A DNA stretch of 63,289 bases, filler included, from Globobulimina sp. (GCA_003354225.1; 49 parts of 49 records of this genome joined end to end with filler, not necessarily neighbours in it), one strand, 5' to 3'; shown: positions 49,172-62,097, counted from the first letter of the whole stretch. Notes: generated by a model from the letters alone, not told the origin. Program-made: numbers and translations.

Positions 49172-49637
49172 ACCATTGATGTGGCGTATCCGGCGCCTTT
49201 CAGTTTTGTAGCAATGGTGGTCATTTGGGAGGGGATGCCGTGGCTCGCAACATCTAATCCATCGTCATTGGTGGTGGTGCAGTGGATGGGCAATCTGCCT
49301 GTTTGCAAACTGGCCTATATAGTCAGTGTCAGTCTAGATTTGTATAATTGGGAAATTAAACGGATATATTTTACTTAATTACCCGCGATGGAGAGCAACC
49401 ATGGTACACATAATGTCTATGCAATTGCAGTCCATTTCGAACGAGACTATCAATGTTTGGTGTGTTTATTTCATCATTTTGTGGATTGTGTCCGGGCCAA
49501 GCTACGTTACCCCATCCTAAATCGTCTGCGAGTATGAATAAAATGTTTGGTAAATTGCTTTCCATCGTTATTTCTTTAGAATCAACGATTGACAGCACAT
49601 ATGCTACTATTACAACAAAGATAACCTGACAACACAT
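49172..49637 (-). CDS. Arylsulfatase N-terminus, intron 49315-49382
   Basis: Signal peptide, PNILFILADDLGW, TPNIDSL, CSPSR|ASLQTGR, LKGAGYAT. Confidence 0.95.
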
Positions 49638-49796
49638 TAATTATAACAAAACCGCAAAGTGAAGAGTGGTTGATGAAGAGAAACAGTTTTAATTAATAGA
49701 TGATTCACTTAATTCATATATTGTAGAACATAGAGTAAGTGATTTGATTTTTTGTGTTCGATAAGATTTCATAGAGCTGTATAAATTCAGAATAAC

Positions 49797-50348
49797 TTAT
49801 GTTTGACCTATATTATAAACAACCATATTGCCAATATTTATATTACAGTTCAATTGTTTTCCTTTATTATTTATTAATTTCTCAATGGTCAATTTATTAT
49901 CCTCTTCCAAACAAAATGGTTGTTCCATCAACACATTCTCCATAAAATATTTTTTCATTTTCCCATCAATTTGTTTCTGTACAATCTCTAAACTTTTACT
50001 GTCGCCTTCCTTTTGTTTTTCCATTATACTCTGTAATATTAATTCCTTTTCTTTCTCAATTTCTTGTTGCGGGATTTCCTCTCTTTTTATATATTTTGGC
50101 TGGGGACAATTAGCTACAATATGTGTTGCTATATTCTGTCCCAAAGCATTCAATTCATTTCGCATTCCATCCTCCATTTCATTTGGATTTATATCCGTTT
50201 CTATCGAAACTAATGATCCTTTCATTCCTAACTTATCCGTCTTCCTTCCATGTAAATATCCTCCAATTACACCTTTTTTATTGTTTTTTGGTGTTTTTGA
50301 TAAGAATTTATCGGAAATTTCAAATCTCAGAAACGTATTTATAATCAC
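49797..50348 (-). CDS. Elongation factor Ts (probably mitochondrial), C-terminal part
   Basis: IGGYLH, IATHIVA..P.YI, EKEKELI, IVQKQIDGKMKKYF.ENVLMEQPF. Confidence 0.85.
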   Translation of the reverse strand: MIINTFLRFEISDKFLSKTPKNNKKGVIGGYLHGRKTDKLGMKGSLVSIETDINPNEMEDGMRNELNALGQNIATHIVANCPQPKYIKREEIPQQEIEKEKELILQSIMEKQKEGDSKSLEIVQKQIDGKMKKYFMENVLMEQPFCLEEDNKLTIEKLINNKGKQLNCNINIGNMVVYNIGQT

Positions 50349-50464
50349 AAATAACTGTATACCTNNNNNNNNNNNNNNNNNNNNNNNNNNNNNNNNNNNN
50401 NNNNNNNNTTAATTAATTAANNNNNNNNNNNNNNNNNNNNNNNNNNNNNNNNNNNNNNNNNNNN

Positions 50465-51135
50465 CATCGTTATTGGGAATTGAATCAATCAATACCTGTG
50501 ATATTGACATCCCGATTGATGTGATTGATCTGAATGTAATTGCACCCATATCCAGTACAGTACGTGCAGCAGCGGATAATGGCGCAAATATTGATGCCAT
50601 ATCTGGCATTGAATCGTTTAAATATAAACAATATATTAAATCAACAACGCGAGCTTTTAGAGTTCGTACTGGTGCCGGCTATATTTGGTGCAAAGACTAT
50701 GTACCTATGGTGGTGCGTAATGGATCCCGTAAACTGCAGATTAAGATGTATATAATCTGGGATCTGCCATATCGATATTTGATTGGCCGTAATACCCAAC
50801 GAGCTCTCGGTTGGGAGTTTGTGCAAACGGGGACTACTCAATATCATCATGAGAGGGATATTTTGGATGACATTGACGACGTTGACATTGAAAAAGAGAG
50901 AGTGACTTACCCAATAATTAAAAAAAATGGTGAAACGGCAGGCACAGATATTGATTTGCAAGATGCAATTATTTCAAATAAAGATACAAACCTAAAACAA
51001 TATATTTTAAACAAATTAAAATCGTACAAATCCGTAATAGCATCACATGAATACGATATTGGTCAAATACCAGGTGCTGAATTTACAATTAAATTCAAAC
51101 CAAACGTTGATACTGATATCCAATGCCGTGAATAG
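50465..51135 (+). mobile_element. Ty3/gypsy-like aspartic protease and pre-RT region
   Basis: AAADNGANIDAIS, LPYRYLIGRN..RALG, LKSYKSVIASHEYDIGQI...FTIK. Confidence 0.7.
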
Positions 51136-51201
51136 TCTTACATCTGAAATTATTGCTTACATCTGCTTTGCCGGATATACACATTGAATCTCGCAAAACA
51201 C

Positions 51202-51468
51202 TTAGCGATACAAGGTTTTAGTCATATTAATTGAGTATGGATCCAAGTCAAAGAATAAAGCTCTTGCATAGTATTTTCCTTTGGATGTTTCTTGAAATGA
51301 TATTGATATACTCTCTCCATATTTTGTTTTACATTCTGCAGAACCACTTGCCGATATTCCTTGTTCCACACAAAGGTGCTCCAATGTTGCTTGGCCCAAA
51401 TTGACACCACATCCACCAACATTTACTGTCACTATTTCACGATTGCGACCTGAGGTTTTGTTTGACAT
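51202..51468 (-). CDS. Highly divergent tubulin (alpha-like) N-terminal fragment
   Basis: REIVTVNVGGCGVNLG...LCVEQGI...FQETSKGKYYARALFFDLDP. Confidence 0.85.
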   Translation of the reverse strand: MSNKTSGRNREIVTVNVGGCGVNLGQATLEHLCVEQGISASGSAECKTKYGESISISFQETSKGKYYARALFFDLDPYSINMTKTLYR

Positions 51469-51757
51469 GGAATGTTACTGAGGTTTTTTTTTTTCAACGC
51501 ACAGATAAACGGTATAGTGTCAGTTATTGCAGCGGCACTCAATGCAGCTGCATTCTCATAATTACGTCAATTCGCAAGAAAGTTAAATCGCCGATTTCAT
51601 CATTTAAATCGCCGAAATTTAAATCGCCGCAAGACATTTAAACCCATCATTTGACGANNNNNNNNNNNNNNNNNNNNNNNNNNNNNNNNNNNNNNNNNNN
51701 NTTAATTAATTAANNNNNNNNNNNNNNNNNNNNNNNNNNNNNNNNNNNNNNNNNNNN

Positions 51758-52950
51758 TTAGCATTAAAAGGCAAATATGACAAATTTCCGTATTGGATCG
51801 GTTACAAAAACAACAGATTCCAACTTAGCCACCCTTTGATTCAAGAAAATTTGGATAAAAAACTGGCAAAATTAAATTATAAGCACAACAAAGAGATTTT
51901 GGAAGAAGTTGAATCGCATTTATTGGAAAATGGTGTTGGATACAAAGCGAGTTTTGCACTCAAAAAAAGTCGCATAAATATACATTAAACGTAGATTTAG
52001 GTAACGAAGACCAGCAAATTATTGATAAACACATAAAATTAATTTATGGTCGAGAATATCAGTTAGATCAAAAGCGTTTATTTTTGCAAAATATTAGCAA
52101 AAATATACAATTTCATATGCAAAAAAACAATCAAATTTATTTAAAACCATCGATTGATCCAATTTTTATGAATGCCGCCAAAGAATTAATTGATAAAAAT
52201 AGAAAATTAAACAAAGTGCCTTCAAAATCTGCAAAATTTATCCATAATAAAAACAAGAATCGTAACAAAGCCGCAAAGCACGGCAAATTTGGCAAAAACA
52301 AGAATAAAAAACAATTTTACACCAAATCCTTCCAAATTAATATGGGTAAAAACAAAAACAACAAAAACAATAAAAACAATAAAAACAAAAAACAGAAAAA
52401 ACATTACAGCGAATTAACGGATAAACAAAAATTCGGAAACATTAACAAAAACATTCTGGATTTGGCGCCGTCATTAAAACCATTGCAAATTCGATTGGAC
52501 AGCAACGCAGTGAATGTTATAAATATTGCAATGTCCGATGACGAATTGATGGATAATAATTTATGACAATCGAATCATTTAAGAATGCGCGTTTCTGGCC
52601 GTTACCGCTCAAAAACTCCGCCACCTCAATCTTCCATTAAATACAAGGAATATAGAATGAAGAAAGTCAAATTTCCCAAATCTATATTTAATAAAACCGA
52701 ATTAGAGCCACTTCCGCCCATTGTACGTATAATTGGCCATAAAGGACGCAATTTTACATTGGATAATCCGTCGATTGATGACTGGTCAAAAAACTTGAAG
52801 CGCTCAAAAACTGCTTTCAAGAAACGTCTGTCTGGACATTTTAACAAATTATACAAATCAGATAAACGTAGTTCGGAGTCAGAATTAGAAAATGCATACA
52901 AATTCTTAGACAGAAATATTAATCAACACATTAATAACAAGCAAAGAAAA
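51758..52950 (+). pseudogene. Interrupted long Lys/Asn-rich ORF of unknown origin
   Basis: 52084-52566 and 52585 onward are in frame across one TGA; a further frameshifted ORF lies upstream. Confidence 0.35.
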
Positions 52951-53050
52951 NNNNNNNNNNNNNNNNNNNNNNNNNNNNNNNNNNNNNNNNNNNNTTAATT
53001 AATTAANNNNNNNNNNNNNNNNNNNNNNNNNNNNNNNNNNNNNNNNNNNN

Positions 53051-54178
53051 CTGTAAAATCAGAGAAAGCCAAACGAGCAATGCTAAAACAAAGAAAAATG
53101 TTTGAAATGGATTCTTATTATCAATATATTGTTAATCATACATATAAAACTGGGTTTATTGCAGTTAATTTTGAACAAGCACAAGCATTGAAATTACATT
53201 TACGTGGAATGGATTTAGATGAATCTAAGTATTCAACTGAAAAGAAACATTTTTCAATTTTAAAAAATAACATAGAAAATGCAATACATAAATTAAACAA
53301 TGAAATCAATGGTGATGCAAAATTTTTTGTTCGAATGAGCACGAGATCTCCGAAGGATGCATGCGACAAACCATTGTTTCGTAGTAAATTGCTAAAATTA
53401 ATGAGAGAAAGATTTGTAAATGAAAATAAATTAAATGGAGAATATACGGATTTGAACAGACGTTTAATTGGTTTGCGTGAATGTTTCAGCAACGTTTTAT
53501 GTGTCTCAACATGCGACGAAATGTTGCAATTATTATCTTATTCAGAACGTTGTGTTTCTGATCTGAAACGATTGATTGATCACAAACATTTATTGGAAAA
53601 ATGGGACTTATATTTAGTTATCAGACAATTTAAATTTATTCCCATTAATAATGAATTTCGATGTTTTGTCAACAATGCAAAGCTAACAGCCATTACCCAA
53701 TATTTCCCACACTGCTATTTCCCTCAATTAATACATAGAAATAAGGAGAAAATAAGAACGATGATTCGTGAATATTACAATAACACATTTTTAAAGGAAT
53801 GCGATGATTTAAATAAAGAATTGCATAGTTCATATGTATTGGATTTGAATGTTGATGTAAACAATGATAAAATTGTGATCATTGAATTGAATCCTTTCGC
53901 TCAAACTACTGTATGTTTATATATTGCTGTTTTGTTTTGTGGTGTGTATAATTTATATATGTTTAAAGGGAGCAGGTTTTTTTGATTGGATCCAAGACAA
54001 AGAGTTATTATATGGAAATATAAGCGATGATATTTATCCGGAGATACGGATCAGAACTGGAATAGAAATACATTTAGATGCTGTTTTATCTCAATGGGCA
54101 CCAATATTCACGCAATTTGAAAAGGAAATTAGTGCGATAGATGAACAGGATGAAACTTGCAATTGTTGTGTACAATAA
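53051..54178 (+). CDS. Cdc123/R2K-type ATP-grasp protein, intron 53911-53968, C-terminal CCVQ
   Basis: FFVRMSTRSPKDA, EFRCFV...LTAITQY, YVLD, IIELNPF, GAGFFDW..D. Confidence 0.9.
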
Positions 54179-55807
54179 TCCAACCAAACTCACACCCAAA
54201 ACCTCATTTCTTCTCACCTCTCGCTTCTCATTTCTTTTCATGCNNNNNNNNNNNNNNNNNNNNNNNNNNNNNNNNNNNNNNNNNNNNTTAATTAATTAAN
54301 NNNNNNNNNNNNNNNNNNNNNNNNNNNNNNNNNNNNNNNNNNNAGGAATTCGAAGTTGTGATATTAAAATTAGTTAAAAGGCAAAAAGTATTGGAATATA
54401 TTGGATTTGATATCGCCTATAATAATTGGCATAAAATTGCAAATATATTGAATGATGCGTTAGGAACAAATAAAGATAGAAAGAAAAAAGAATTTAGAAT
54501 AAAATATATAGTGGAGAATACTCAACAAATTGAGATGAAAGAAACAAAAAAAATAATTCAAAATTTGATAAGTTTAGTAAATGAGTTGGTGACTAATGAT
54601 TTTATGGTTGAGATTAAATTTGAAGGATTAAAGGGTGAAATTGTATCAATGGATGACGAGGAAATTAAGAATGAAATGATTAAACATTTCAATGATACAT
54701 TTGTTTGTATTCTTGAAAGTGATGATCGAAAATCGTATCAAAGATTTATTATTACCAATAAAGATTGTACTATTTGTGGATACACAGAGAGATGGCTTAA
54801 ATGACGTACGTTATGTTTTAAACTTAAAGCTTTTTGTCAGTTGATATTGTATACATTCCATTCAACTATAAATTTGTTATGACTTTGTTCTGATTTACAA
54901 ACGTTCCCAACACAAAGTTATAACAAACAGTTTATAAAAAGTATAACTGCACCAAATATAAAAAGCTAACCAACCACGAGATTACAACAATTGCAACAAA
55001 CATTCAACAGTTAATTTTTAATCATCATCTATATCATCCATATTCTCATCAAAAATTTCATCATTTTCATCAAATTCATCATTATCATTAAACGTATAAT
55101 CATCACCATCATCAACCATTACATCCGTTGGATTATTATTATCATTGTCGATTACATCTGGATTATTATTCGTATTATTGTTGCTTTCTTGAGATTGCAA
55201 ATTCATTTTCGAGGCAATATGTTTTGCCAATTCATCAGCAATATCATCCTCTTTTTTTTCTTCCCGGTTCTCATTATTATTTGCAACATTCTGTTTCATC
55301 ATAATGTTGTATTTCGGCCCCTGGTTTGTGGAGTAATTGATTGTAAGGTTGGAAAACTTGATCCTTCCCATGGTTTCCGACACCGCTTTGATCTTCACAG
55401 AAATAAACGCTCCCGCTCCAGCGTCCACAGCATTCTGGAACGCAGTGTCCACACCCTGAACCGCTCCCAGGGTGACCTTGGTGTTTAAAACACCCACTCC
55501 GGTGTATTCATCAGAACCATCGTTTCCCACATCGATNNNNNNNNNNNNNNNNNNNNNNNNNNNNNNNNNNNNNNNNNNNNTTAATTAATTAANNNNNNNN
55601 NNNNNNNNNNNNNNNNNNNNNNNNNNNNNNNNNNNNTGTGAATTCAAGTTGTGCTCATCCTGTGACAGTTTCGACAAACCATGTTCCAGTGATGCGTGAT
55701 GAAGTTGAAACTGATACATGAAACCATGCTGTCTTATCAGCGGCGCGAGGAGGTTGTTTTATCTGGCCGAGCTCCCTGTAAAGTTATAGCGTGTGTGCAT
55801 GTATTAA

Positions 55808-56829
55808 ATGCCTGTCGCGGCCAAAGCGAATTCTGTACAAAATGTAAATAATATTTCTTCTGTTACTAATGTTTTAAATGACGTTATATCTACTAACAAA
55901 TATGATGTTTTATCTACTAATTATTTACAGAATCATGGAGACAATATAGAAGAGAAAATTATAGAAAATTCTTGTAAATTTTGTTTAGAATTAAAAAAAT
56001 GCGTAAAATGCAGAAAGGAAGAAAGATTATGTAACCAGAAATTAGAAAAAGAATTAGAAATTAAAAGAAAAGAAAAGTTGGATAATCCTCTAAGAATTCA
56101 ACCGAAGAGAAAGGTAAAAACTAAAACAGAATTAGAAGCAAAAATTAGAAATAATCCTAATGATTATGATATAAATTATAAAGGAATAGCTAAGGAGGCT
56201 ACCGATAGTAATGAATTCACTATGGTGAAGAATTGCATCGAGAAACCCTCTTTAGTTGAAACAGAAATATTGGAAAATGTACATACAGAAGTACATACAG
56301 AAGTACATACAGAGGTACATACAGAAGTTGATAGAGACGAGATATGGACTAAAAATGATGTACATACTGAGATACAGAAAGAAGTACATACTGGGCAACG
56401 GTCAGAAAATCTAAGGTCAGAAGTACATACAGGGGTACGGTCAGAAAATAAAAATATTCAGAGACTTAAGAAACAAATAGAAGGGATAAGGAATGTTGGT
56501 AATATACCGCAGATGCCCTATTCCCCTAAATTCTTAGACATAGATTTAATAACTCTAAATGAACCTGAACCAAATTTAATAAATCCTATACTAGATAATG
56601 AAATAGAAAGTGAAAGTTCAAATGGTGAAGATGACCTTTTGCAAATAGGACATAATTTATTAAAGAAAAATGAAAACTACAAACAAAAATGGATATCAAG
56701 TATCAATCATAACGAATTAATAGACAAAACAGTTGAAGAGAAAACTGCAATAGAATGCCAAACAATAGATAATAACATAAATAGAAATGATAAATGGACT
56801 CAGTTTCCCGTCACCATTAACGTAGGAAT
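55808..56829 (+). CDS. Long A-rich ORF with EVHT repeats, possibly a retroelement polyprotein segment
   Basis: CxxC..CxxC, 12-bp repeats, strong A-bias; no catalytic motif in view. Confidence 0.35.
56279..56326 (+). repeat. 12-bp coding tandem repeat GTACATACAGAA x4
   Basis: Read directly; further dispersed copies up to ~56432. Confidence 0.85.
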
Positions 56830-56929
56830 NNNNNNNNNNNNNNNNNNNNNNNNNNNNNNNNNNNNNNNNNNNNTTAATTAATTAANNNNNNNNNNNNNNN
56901 NNNNNNNNNNNNNNNNNNNNNNNNNNNNN

Positions 56930-57778
56930 TTTATCTTTTATTATTGCAGTACCATTAACATCACAATCACTTTTACATCCTGTCATACCATCTAACCATT
57001 CCATTCTACTGTACGTATCTCCCCAATATGACATAATTAAAGTCATTCCAAAATCCAATGCTTGATTCATTTCCTGTACATATCCATTATTATTACATGC
57101 ATCAAATTCAAATGTATTATTATTTTGAGTTAATGTGACATGAATTGTTGAACCAAAATGTACAGATTCTCTAAATGGTTTCATTGTATTTATTTTACAA
57201 TTTGCAATTGAATCTGGATCTGGACACATTCCTTTACTGTCAACTTTATATGAATTTGTGCTGCATCCAGGACCATCACAGCTTGTAATATATCCGCCTG
57301 GTGCTTGTGAACAAGTATGTGGTGCAATTTGTAATGCATATTTATTTGCTTCCATTGTATCTAATTCCCAGCAATAATCTGCTCCATCATTTGCACCACA
57401 TTCATAACTACAACCACCACCAGGATTTGGTAAATTACTTGAATTATATCCTGGCATTGTTACAAAATAAAATGCCGCATTACATGAACAACTAATACTA
57501 CTTAAATTTGCTGTAAATGAAAGTGTCTTATTTGATAATTTATATTCCATGAACATATCAGGAGTATATGTATTTGCACCAGTTTTAGCAATTTGAATAT
57601 TTGTATTATGTTTAAGGGTAATTGTTGTACCATTTACTTCAATTCCATTTGGAGATACTGATAGTACATATCGTGTAACATATTCTCCATCTTCTTTTAT
57701 CATAATTGGTCCCACCAGTTCACTGTAAACACCATACACTGCATAAAGAGTTAATAATAAGGCTCTCATCATTGACAT
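56930..57778 (-). CDS. Secreted glycoside hydrolase family 7 (compact, endoglucanase-like)
   Basis: L.NKTLSFT.NLS.ISCSCNAAFYFVTMP, CWELDTMEAN (ExDxxE), PHTC, CDGPGC..N, INTMKPF, GMTLIMSYW, MEWLD. Confidence 0.9.
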
Positions 57779-58289
57779 TGTTGACTCGAGTTTTCCCTAA
57801 ACTACAACCTTTAAACATATCTTATTTATTCTTGTTAAACCAAAATGAATAAAAGCATAAAAATAAACATATCTTAACGCAGCGGTCGCAGCCATTAAGT
57901 CATTATCACATTATGTTTGATGTTTGTTGATTTACAAGCTGAAAAACTGAAATCACTTCAAATCAAGTAGCAACAGCATGTCGCAATGAGCCATTTTGCT
58001 CAAATGCCCTATAACAATGTGAATCCATAGAACAGAACCAATCATTTCCAACAAAACCCAATCACTTTTACCCGCCAAATCCATCGGCCTTTCCAGTTAA
58101 TCCCTTGTCCGTTTTTTGAAANNNNNNNNNNNNNNNNNNNNNNNNNNNNNNNNNNNNNNNNNNNNTTAATTAATTAANNNNNNNNNNNNNNNNNNNNNNN
58201 NNNNNNNNNNNNNNNNNNNNNCGTTTAACGTTTCTCTTTCGGAAATCTGTGATAAATTTGTACTTAATCCCGAATTGTTGTTGTCATTT

Positions 58290-58976
58290 TTATTCTTTTT
58301 TCAGATTGAATATATCCAATTTATTGCTTTTTTCCTCTCTTTGTAATATTTTCTCGCATTTCTTCCACTCTTTTACTCGCATTTCACGCTCGTAATTAAT
58401 CAAATCCTGCTCCACTTTTTTCGTAAAATCCCTTGAAAATGTCTCTGTATTATTTGCATCCTTTCCACTGTTCATACCATGCGAAATCGCGCAAAATTGG
58501 GTTTGATAATATATTTCTTGTTGACATAATTTCGCTTCGCATACAAATCTGACCTCACCTTTTACTTGTTTGATAACACAAGTTTTCATTAATTTTAATG
58601 GGTTCCCTTTGTTTAATAAATGACATTTTGTGCCATCTAAGCCCAAAAAATGCAATACTTCGCCCGTATGATCCTTTTTAATGCCCCTCAAAATCAACGC
58701 CAATAAACCTATATTATTTGATATCGATCCGTCTGAATTATTGTAATTTTTCTTCAATAATAATTTGAACACTTTCAGAGTGTCTCTCACGTGCTCCCTC
58801 GTCCTCGTCTTAAGCTGTCTGTTGCTGTTTTTACCTCTTCCACATTTCCCAAAGTATGGAATGCCGCAGTTATCGCAAATAATGACATAAATTGTATCTC
58901 TGCTGAAACATGACGACCTGTTACATTTTATTGACTGTCCTGTGATTTGAGATTCCCATTTTTTACATTTTAGCAT
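58290..58976 (-). mobile_element. Penelope-type GIY-YIG endonuclease domain, decayed 5' end
   Basis: SC..RDTIYVIICDNCGIPYFGK...LKTRTREH...V..HF...EIYYQ...GMN. Confidence 0.85.
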
Positions 58977-59186
58977 AACATCCGGGAATTCTCGACATAC
59001 AGTGATGTATCGGATAAGATGAAGACGCTATGATAAAAAATTCACATTTTTTTTAAATGGGATCCTGTCCGGTCATATTGGTAATATTGATCATATTGAT
59101 CATATTTTATTTTGGAAATATTTGAAATTTTGATAATATTTGACTATTGACAGGTGAGGGTTTTTGCGTGTAAAAAAAGGCACTTT

Positions 59187-59413
59187 CCATTAGGCTAAGT
59201 CGGACATAACTTGCGTGTAAAACACATTCACCTTACAATAACTCGTGCGACTGGCTCGACCAAACCTCCTTACAATAACGCGGGCATAATTTTGTGTACA
59301 CCTTCCCCTTAGGATAACTTGGGCGACTGGCTCGACCAAACCACCTTACAATAACTCGGACATAACTTGCGTGTAAAACACATTCCCCTTACAATAACTC
59401 GGGCGACTGGCTC
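59187..59413. repeat. Higher-order tandem repeat: CCTTACAATAACTCGG core with alternating A/B tails
   Basis: Cores at 59231, 59268, 59307, 59344, 59387. Confidence 0.9.
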
Positions 59414-59513
59414 NNNNNNNNNNNNNNNNNNNNNNNNNNNNNNNNNNNNNNNNNNNNTTAATTAATTAANNNNNNNNNNNNNNNNNNNNNNNNNNNNNNN
59501 NNNNNNNNNNNNN

Positions 59514-60672
59514 GGCGATTCGACATATAATGAGAAAATTTTCACTGATGGTATTGTATCATTTATTGACAAACAAAATGCAGCAAATCCATTTTATATT
59601 CACTATAATTTATATACTCCACATGTTAAAATTGTAGAGCCACCGGCCTTAGACAATAATTTTGCATATCAATATGATATATGTACTGATTTAAGTCTGC
59701 CAGACGAGAGAATTTTATTTTGTAAGGCAATGTTATATGCACAAGAACGAATTGCTGAGATTGTGAATAAGGTTAAATCAAAAGGATTGTGGCAAGATAC
59801 GCTGATTGTTATTACTTCTGATAATGGCCCACTTCCTACCTCATATGGCCATACATTGCCATTAAGAGGAAGAAAATGTTTGTTCTTCTTTTTTTTATAC
59901 TTTTTTCTGAGAAAAACATTTAATTAGTTTGTAAATCTCATCTGACACTTAATTGTTTTTTTGTTTACTATCAGCATCAGAAAACGAAGCAGGAATAAGG
60001 ACCGCATCGTTTATTATTGGTGGTTATATCGAGAATGTGTTAAATAGTGCGACACCGTCCGTGACATCGTGCGAATATAATAACATGGTTCATATAAGTG
60101 ACTGGTTTAATATATTGACAGAGATCGCAAATATAAGCCATGATACCTCAGATAGTGACCATAACAGTTTACAAATATGGCAGGATATCAAATGTAATTG
60201 TAATGAAGCGTGTGGCTCAAATTATGAACAACGCACAGAATTAATTAACATGAGAATGTGTGGTGACCACACATTCTCATGTTAATTAATTCTGTGCGTT
60301 GTGTCACATTCTCAAGCTTTGCATTTGGTTCAAACCAAATGTTATAAATACATGGACGGGATATGGAAATAATAAGTATACACTACCAAACCATGCGTTT
60401 TTTGATGAGTGGTATTAGCCACAATTTATAGCTGATAACAGACAGCAAACACATTGTATAAATCAGAATGTTTAGAAGCATTAAATGGAAATGATACCAT
60501 TAACTCTGAAAGTTTTCCTAAATTTACATATGGCGATACTGATGAATTTATGTTATTTGATTTGAACACTGATAAAATTGAAGCCTGTAATCTTGCAAAT
60601 GCAGTGGGTTCTCAATATACAGACAAAATTGTGGTTATTTCCATTATTTGTGGCATGCCATACGGCGTCTAA
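59514..60672 (+). CDS. Arylsulfatase C-terminal part with introns
   Basis: PFYI....YTPH, LWQDTLIVITSDNG, PLRGRK|S...GIR, MVHISDWF, LFDL.TD.IE..NLA. Confidence 0.88.
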
Positions 60673-61647
60673 TTTATTGTGATGATGGCTTAAGGAAAGC
60701 ATCTANNNNNNNNNNNNNNNNNNNNNNNNNNNNNNNNNNNNNNNNNNNNTTAATTAATTAANNNNNNNNNNNNNNNNNNNNNNNNNNNNNNNNNNNNNNN
60801 NNNNNGCAAAAACTATAAATAATATACAAAATATATTAAGCAACATCGATTTAAACAATATAAATAAAATGAGTCCAGATACATTGCAAAGATTAATTAC
60901 ATTGCAATCTCCGCTCGCTACAATTATTGAAAAATCCGACGATATAAAGTCAAATAATAATAATAATAGGAATTCATATTCATTTCGAGACAAATATTTA
61001 AACGATGCATTGTCACAATTAGCAAATCTATCATTGGGAAATGATTATCGATCGCAACCGCAACAGCAACAAATGTTGCCGCCGAAAGCAAACATAAATT
61101 CTACAAATATCATTTTTGCACCGCACAGTAATAATAGTATGCAGATATTTGATAAAGAAGAGGAAAAAGAGGAAGAGCGTGTTGTTGAAGAAGTGCTTTC
61201 TGACTGGGAACGTGATGAAGAATGGTTGCAAAAGGAAATAAAAACTGTAAACAATAGGAGCAAAAAAGCGCATAAAACCATTACTATCGGGTTACCACTC
61301 ATTTAATCAAACAAATAATGAAAGTAAATGCATTTTATTGTTATCATTTGTTGTGTTGTTTTGTAATTCATACTGTTGTTTTTTACTATATTATTGATGT
61401 TTATTTCTTGCATATTGTCAAAAGAACGTGTTCACTTTTTTCAGATTCTGGGTAGCTTATTTGAGGGTCATTCGTCATCCTAGCTCCTGCACTTCCTGAT
61501 TCTTTTGAGGTGATTGAACCTGTCCTATGCGTATCTTGTGCACAAATTTTGAGTGAACAGGTTCTTTGTCTTATGTACGTGTCGATTGAATCAAAGTATC
61601 AAACGCAAACAAAATAATTAATATACGAAGAAAAAAAAAATGAATGT

Positions 61648-61997
61648 TTATTTTAATTGATTTGCATTTCTTGACTTCCATTGACTTATGACTCGACTGA
61701 CATCTTTGTTTGAAAGTGCTTCTGATTTAACATACACTCTTTGTGGTGATCTACTTCTAGACCTTGACCGTGACCGTGACCGTGACCGTGACCGTGATCT
61801 TGAGCTATCACAAAAACCACCATCGGCATCTCCACAGCCACCATCCGATGGAATGCCCCCATCGCCCCATCCATCATTGTCCTCTTCCGAGCTTCCTTTC
61901 CTATCCCTACTACGACTCCGACTTCTGCTCACACTCCGGCTCCTACTCTCTGATCTATTCCTCCTTCCACGCTTTCCCTTCCATCCCTTACCAACAT
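61648..61997 (-). CDS. RS-repeat protein C-terminal fragment
   Basis: SRSRSRS tracts on the minus strand. Confidence 0.5.
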
Positions 61998-62097
61998 NNN
62001 NNNNNNNNNNNNNNNNNNNNNNNNNNNNNNNNNNNNNNNNNTTAATTAATTAANNNNNNNNNNNNNNNNNNNNNNNNNNNNNNNNNNNNNNNNNNNN

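Noticed and set aside
49828-50412. 194-aa plus-strand ORF and similar antisense ORFs elsewhere
   Set aside because: Shadow frames of genuine genes on the opposite strand (here EF-Ts)
52564-52566. TGA recoding or an alternative genetic code
   Set aside because: Conserved genes in the window translate with the standard code, and TGA terminates several intact ORFs. Isolated in-frame stops are better explained by decay.
55018-55530. 170-aa ORF as a real protein
   Set aside because: It spans a composition switch near 55310 between a prokaryote-like fragment and a low-complexity eukaryotic sequence
59187-59413. CRISPR array
   Set aside because: The spacers recur in alternation, the core is only 16 bp, and no cas genes are present
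1195-62097. Regularly spaced TTAATTAATTAA motif that could be mistaken for a repeat array
   Set aside because: It is a synthetic linker embedded in N runs. ORFs ending in XXXX-LIN or XXXX-N are artefacts of it.
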